From: an uncultured delta proteobacterium
Lineage (GTDB): Bacteria; Desulfobacterota; Desulfobacteria; Desulfobacterales; JAHEIW01
Assembly (NCBI GenBank): GCA_963706575.1
Contig: CAVPNL010000005.1
Coordinates: 128,001-192,000, forward strand
Reading direction: 5' to 3'
Length of the DNA: 64,000 nt
Positions 59,877-64,000 of the stretch are shown here, one piece after another. The position numbers and the translations under genes are program-made. The first letter of the stretch is position 1. Each line of letters opens with the position of its first letter. The notes below the pieces were generated by a model. The model saw only the letters and a program-made list of their open reading frames with translations. It did not search any database and had not been told where the DNA came from.

Positions 59877-60896
59877 TTATCTGGCAGACTTCTCGAATTG
59901 CTGCATGACGAATGGTCTTAACGTTGCCTCGCAGTATTCTTTTAAATGACCCTCCAAATTTACCAGGGGAATCTCGGCCCGGGCCATGGCGCGATGGCCG
60001 CCGGCGTTTCCAAAAGGACCGAAGGCTTTGCTTGCCAATGAACCGGCATTTTTTCGAAGGCCGTCATTGCGAATAACGACTACCAGGTTTTTGCGGTAAA
60101 TTCCGAAGACGACTGCCCAGGTTACTTCGTGACATTTCATAAAAAAATCGGCGACGAGCACCAATGTATCCTGGGAATGAACCCGACCCAGATAACTGAA
60201 AATTTTTCCTTTGCGGAGCCGCCTGTTTTCAAGCGCCTGCTGAAAATACGGCAGTTCCGCCAGTCCCATTTCGGCGGTTTCGATTCTGCTCAGCAGGTGC
60301 ATGTTGGCATACGGGAAAAGAAAGTGAAAGGCTTTTACATCCTCCTCCAGGGCGCCGGCCTCAAAATTGCGGGTATCTGCTCGAATGGCGTAGACCAGTG
60401 CGGTAGCCAGACTTTTGGAGGGCCTTATTTTGGCCGCATGCAGGTATTGCGTCATGATAGTGGCGGTTGCCCCGTATTCAGGCCGGATGTCGACAAAGGA
60501 GGCTTTCACCGGCATAACCAACGGATGATGGTCGATAACCGCATCGTATTTAAATTTTGCGAATGATTCATGATGATGGGGTTGGCCGTCAACCAGCAGA
60601 ATTTTGGAATAGTTTTGTGAGTCGATCTTATTGAGTCTTGCCAGGGGGATCTTGAGCAGCCTTTTCATTGTGAGATTGTCAAATCGCCTGATTTCATTGA
60701 AATGTGCAATCGTCACCGTATGGACCCGGCGCCAGAGGATGCGCTTCAGCGCCATGGCTGATGCCATGGAATCCGGGTCGGCATCTATGGTAACCAGGAT
60801 CCTGTCCTTTGGGCTGAAGAGATCAAAGAGCTTTTGGAGGTTATCGCTGATTGACCTCGGTTTGCCGTGTCGCGGTCTGGATTTGTCTGTGGTCAT
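59877..60896 (-). CDS. DHH/DHHA1 family phosphoesterase
   Basis: DADPDS, VDG, IDHH, ADT, AGGH motifs. Confidence 0.9.
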   Translation of the reverse strand: MTTDKSRPRHGKPRSISDNLQKLFDLFSPKDRILVTIDADPDSMASAMALKRILWRRVHTVTIAHFNEIRRFDNLTMKRLLKIPLARLNKIDSQNYSKILLVDGQPHHHESFAKFKYDAVIDHHPLVMPVKASFVDIRPEYGATATIMTQYLHAAKIRPSKSLATALVYAIRADTRNFEAGALEEDVKAFHFLFPYANMHLLSRIETAEMGLAELPYFQQALENRRLRKGKIFSYLGRVHSQDTLVLVADFFMKCHEVTWAVVFGIYRKNLVVVIRNDGLRKNAGSLASKAFGPFGNAGGHRAMARAEIPLVNLEGHLKEYCEATLRPFVMQQFEKSAR

Positions 60897-60959
60897 GGGT
60901 TCACCTGTTTTGCTGCTGTCCCTGATTTCGAGATGTTCCCGCCGGCGAAGTTAGCACAA

Positions 60960-61895
60960 TTATTGGCCTCCAACGATAAGATCATACGGCACGTTCGGAT
61001 CCAGTTGCAGAACCATGGCCCCGCCGGAGAAGGCCCGGACAAAGCCGTCTGTTGCCGAAACGACAATCGCCGTGGCGGCCGTCCGCTTTGTGACGGCGGC
61101 GGCAGCCAGGTGTCGGGCGCCAAAGCCGGGTGGGATTTTCACCTCGACATCAAAGGTGGCCAAAAAAGCTCCGGCGGTCTGAATAAAGCCGTCACCGCGG
61201 AGAACAAAAGCGCCGTCGAGTTTGGATAACTCAACGAGCGCATTCTGGGTATCTGAATCGGTAAGTCTGCGATCGGCGTCCTCGTGACCCTGGAAAGGAT
61301 TGGGAATAAGCTGTTTGGAACCCTTTAAGACTTCAACCGAATCGCCCAGCATGATAATCGTCCCGATGTTCTTTCCGCTGCGGGAGATTTGGCCAATTTT
61401 GCAGGCAACATTAATTGCAACCTCCAGGACGCTGGGCCGAATACCGTCGGTCAGTTTCAGAAGGTCGGAAACCGCGAGATACTCGATGCCCGCTTCTACA
61501 TCTCCCAGCACAACCAGGTCGCCTTTCTCTTTGCGGTAAACATTGCGACCCAACGCGCATAAAGCCAGATCGCCGACAGAAATACGCTGTGATCTGAGGG
61601 TAACCGACAGCATATGTCGAACCTGGTTGTGTCTGTCAATTGCGCGAATGGGCAGTCGTACTGTTTCCAGGCCTTTTTCTGTCAGGGTGTCATAGGTCTC
61701 GGCGTTAGTTGTGGCGGCAATGACCCGAATCTGTTGGGAAAGACTATGGATCTGGATCGCCAAAGCCCCGGTTTCAGTGGCACATATGATAACATCGGCC
61801 GGCGCTGCCTGAGCAATGCGAACAACCATTTTTGCCAGGTCTTCTGCGGAGCGAAGCGTCTCTTTTTTAAGATTATCGAGGCTATGCTGATCCAT
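60960..61895 (-). CDS. Diadenylate cyclase (DisA_N/DAC) with N-terminal pyruvate-kinase-C-like domain (DacZ/CdaZ-like)
   Basis: IICATETG...VIAAT N-domain; ELSKLDGAF, GFGARHLAAAAVT, VVSATDG DAC motifs. Confidence 0.82.
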   Translation of the reverse strand: MDQHSLDNLKKETLRSAEDLAKMVVRIAQAAPADVIICATETGALAIQIHSLSQQIRVIAATTNAETYDTLTEKGLETVRLPIRAIDRHNQVRHMLSVTLRSQRISVGDLALCALGRNVYRKEKGDLVVLGDVEAGIEYLAVSDLLKLTDGIRPSVLEVAINVACKIGQISRSGKNIGTIIMLGDSVEVLKGSKQLIPNPFQGHEDADRRLTDSDTQNALVELSKLDGAFVLRGDGFIQTAGAFLATFDVEVKIPPGFGARHLAAAAVTKRTAATAIVVSATDGFVRAFSGGAMVLQLDPNVPYDLIVGGQ

Positions 61896-62114
61896 ACTTC
61901 CCCCTTTTGTTTGCCGGGTGCCGGAATCCGAATTCCGCTAAATCCGTATCTTTAAAATAATCATGAAATGAAAAAATTTCGACCCGGCATGGACCCCAAA
62001 GTCTTTTTTGTTATAAATAGGGTTGCTTCGCTTGTTATGATGATTAACCTCCTTGTTTAACTATTATCGCGATCTAAAATTATCAACAATTTTTAACTTT
62101 AAGGCCGAATTATT

Positions 62115-64000
62115 ATGGCACCGGAAATCATCCTTGCGCTGTCTATTCTGATCGTTGCGGTTATATTTTTAATAACAGAATGGATCCCGATGGAGGTCAC
62201 CGCCCTGCTGTCGCTTGGAGCGGTTGCCCTAACCGGCCTGGTAACACCGGGTGAAGCTCTGGCGGGGTTCAGCAACCCGGCCGTCATCACGATTTGGGCG
62301 GTATTTATTCTGAGCGGGGGCTTAACCCGAACAGGGGTTGCCAATGCTATCGGCCAGTTTGTGTTGAGGCTGGCGGGCAGCAGTGAAACCCGCATGATCG
62401 TCGTTATCATGCTCAGCGCCGGTGTGATGTCCGCCATCATGAATAACGTGGCCGTGGCGGCTTTGCTGCTTCCGGTGGTCATGGATATTGCGCGCCACAC
62501 GGGAAGCCCGCCTTCAAGGCTCCTGATGCCGCTGGCATACGGCTCACTGCTGGGGGGGCTGACGACCCAGATCGGTACGCCGCCGAACATCCTGGTCAGT
62601 GAAGCCCTGCGGGATGCGGGATTAAAGTCGTTTACCTTTTTCGATTTTACGCCCGCGGGCCTGGCGATTATGCTTTGCGGCACTGCATTTATGGTTTTTG
62701 TGGGGCATCGATTTTTGCCCCGGCGTGATGTTGCCAAAGAATTAACCCACAACAAAACCATCGACTGGGAAAGCCAATCCGATACCGAGGAGCAGCTGTT
62801 CAATATCCGTATTCCGCCCGATTCGATGCTCATAAACAAAACGCTGGCCGAAAGCCGATTGGGGTCGGCCTTGGGCTGGAACGTGGTCGGCATCGTTCGC
62901 AATCAAGAAATACGACCCGCTCCGGGACCCGCTGAAATCCTGCAGGCCGGAGATCAGTTGACGGTTGAAGGCAGCATTGAAAATTTAAGGGAATTGAAGA
63001 ATTGGCAGCAGTTAATTGTTGATAGGGGTGGAATTGATATCCAAGAGCCCTATTCAGGTGACATCAAACTTGGAGAAATAACCCTTGCGGGAAATTCCCC
63101 GCTTATCGGCAAGACGCTAAATTCGATCGGTTTTCGCGGTCGATTCGAAGCCAATGTGCTGGCAGTTCGCCGAAGTGACCGCATCAGACGCACCAATCTT
63201 CAGGACATGCCGCTGGAGCGCGGTGATGTGCTTCTGATTGCCGGGCATCATGAACGCCTGGACGAATTTGAGAATATTTCCGGGTTCGAGCAATTCAGGT
63301 TCGTTTCCCGATCCGAGCTTATCGATATTTATCATCTCGACGAACGCCTGATGCTCATGACGGTGCCGCCGGATTCCGCCATGATCGGAAAATCTTTGAA
63401 AGACAGCCGGCTGGGAGAAAGCCTCGGCAGCCGGGTTCTGGGGATTCAGCGGGGCAACGATCCGATCCTGATGCCGGAACCCTGGGAGACCCTGCAGGCC
63501 AATGACCGGTTGGTGGTCGAAGGGCGTCTGTCGGATTTTGAAATCCTGCGGGAGCTTGAAAAGCTGATCATTGAACGAGGGACCCGTCCGGACATCAAGG
63601 CGCTGGTTGCGGGAAATGTCGGGCTGGTGGAAACCATTCTTTCGCCGCATACGACGATAGCTGGAATGACGCTGCGTCAGCTGAATTTCCGTGAAAAATA
63701 CGGTTTAAGCGTATTATCCATATGGCGTGAGGGAAAGGTCTACCGCTCCAACCTGCGGGATATGGCCTTGCGGTTCGGCGATGCCCTGCTTCTTCTGGGT
63801 CCGCGAAATAAGTTGCAATTGCTGGGCAGTGAGCCTGATTTTATCGTGCTGACGGGAACAGCTCAGGAAGAGCTGCGGCTGGAGAAGATGAAATATTCAA
63901 TTATAATTATGGTCGGCATCTTACTGCCGGTTATCATCGGATGGGTACCGATATACATCGCTGCCGTAATCGGTGCGGCCTTGATGGTCCTTTTCGGGTG
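62115..64000 (+). CDS. SLC13 family permease with multiple TrkA_C (RCK_C) domains, truncated by window edge
   Basis: Read from sequence (absent from ORF track): MAPEIILALSILIVAVIFLITEW, GFSNPAV, MNNV, IGTPPNILV, repeated GKTL...NVLAVRR-type RCK_C units. Confidence 0.88.
   Translation, partial: MAPEIILALSILIVAVIFLITEWIPMEVTALLSLGAVALTGLVTPGEALAGFSNPAVITIWAVFILSGGLTRTGVANAIGQFVLRLAGSSETRMIVVIMLSAGVMSAIMNNVAVAALLLPVVMDIARHTGSPPSRLLMPLAYGSLLGGLTTQIGTPPNILVSEALRDAGLKSFTFFDFTPAGLAIMLCGTAFMVFVGHRFLPRRDVAKELTHNKTIDWESQSDTEEQLFNIRIPPDSMLINKTLAESRLGSALGWNVVGIVRNQEIRPAPGPAEILQAGDQLTVEGSIENLRELKNWQQLIVDRGGIDIQEPYSGDIKLGEITLAGNSPLIGKTLNSIGFRGRFEANVLAVRRSDRIRRTNLQDMPLERGDVLLIAGHHERLDEFENISGFEQFRFVSRSELIDIYHLDERLMLMTVPPDSAMIGKSLKDSRLGESLGSRVLGIQRGNDPILMPEPWETLQANDRLVVEGRLSDFEILRELEKLIIERGTRPDIKALVAGNVGLVETILSPHTTIAGMTLRQLNFREKYGLSVLSIWREGKVYRSNLRDMALRFGDALLLLGPRNKLQLLGSEPDFIVLTGTAQEELRLEKMKYSIIIMVGILLPVIIGWVPIYIAAVIGAALMVLFG

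Noticed and set aside
62099..63650. Minus-strand ORFs 62099-62902 and 63117-63650
   Set aside because: Antisense shadows of the plus-strand SLC13-TrkA_C gene that runs off the window

Overview
64 kb of chromosomal-looking bacterial DNA. Gene content and repeat style suggest a sulfate-reducer-like Desulfobacterota/Desulfobacterales genome; this is an inference, as no marker gene is present. I found no rRNA, tRNA, CRISPR array or intact transposase. The window is rich in ion-homeostasis and stress genes: a K+ channel, MgtE, CorA, three CNNM/DUF21 proteins, a Ca/Na antiporter, two PiT+DUF47 pairs, two SLC13 permeases, three universal stress proteins, ClpX, DksA and HU. It also carries two diadenylate cyclases with a DHH phosphoesterase, and a glutamate/peptide block (PtsP, PLP enzyme, DUF1611/DgcN, PP-loop-creatininase fusion, enolase-family epimerase, RimK-like ATP-grasp triad, 2-oxoacid:ferredoxin oxidoreductase, GDH-CBS fusion). 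The strongest signal read directly from the DNA is regulatory. There are seven consensus sigma-54 (-24/-12) promoters, and four share an exactly spaced layout: an IHF-like box 7 bp and a GGAA-N7-TTCC palindrome 55 bp from the -24 edge. Paired palindromes about 31 bp apart sit roughly 150 bp upstream of most promoters. This points to one island-wide regulon, probably driven by the atypical-receiver sigma-54 activator at 8752-10155. Six +1 frameshifts look like sequencing errors. Several MITE/REP/IS200-605-end-like repeats and a PEP carboxykinase relic are also present.
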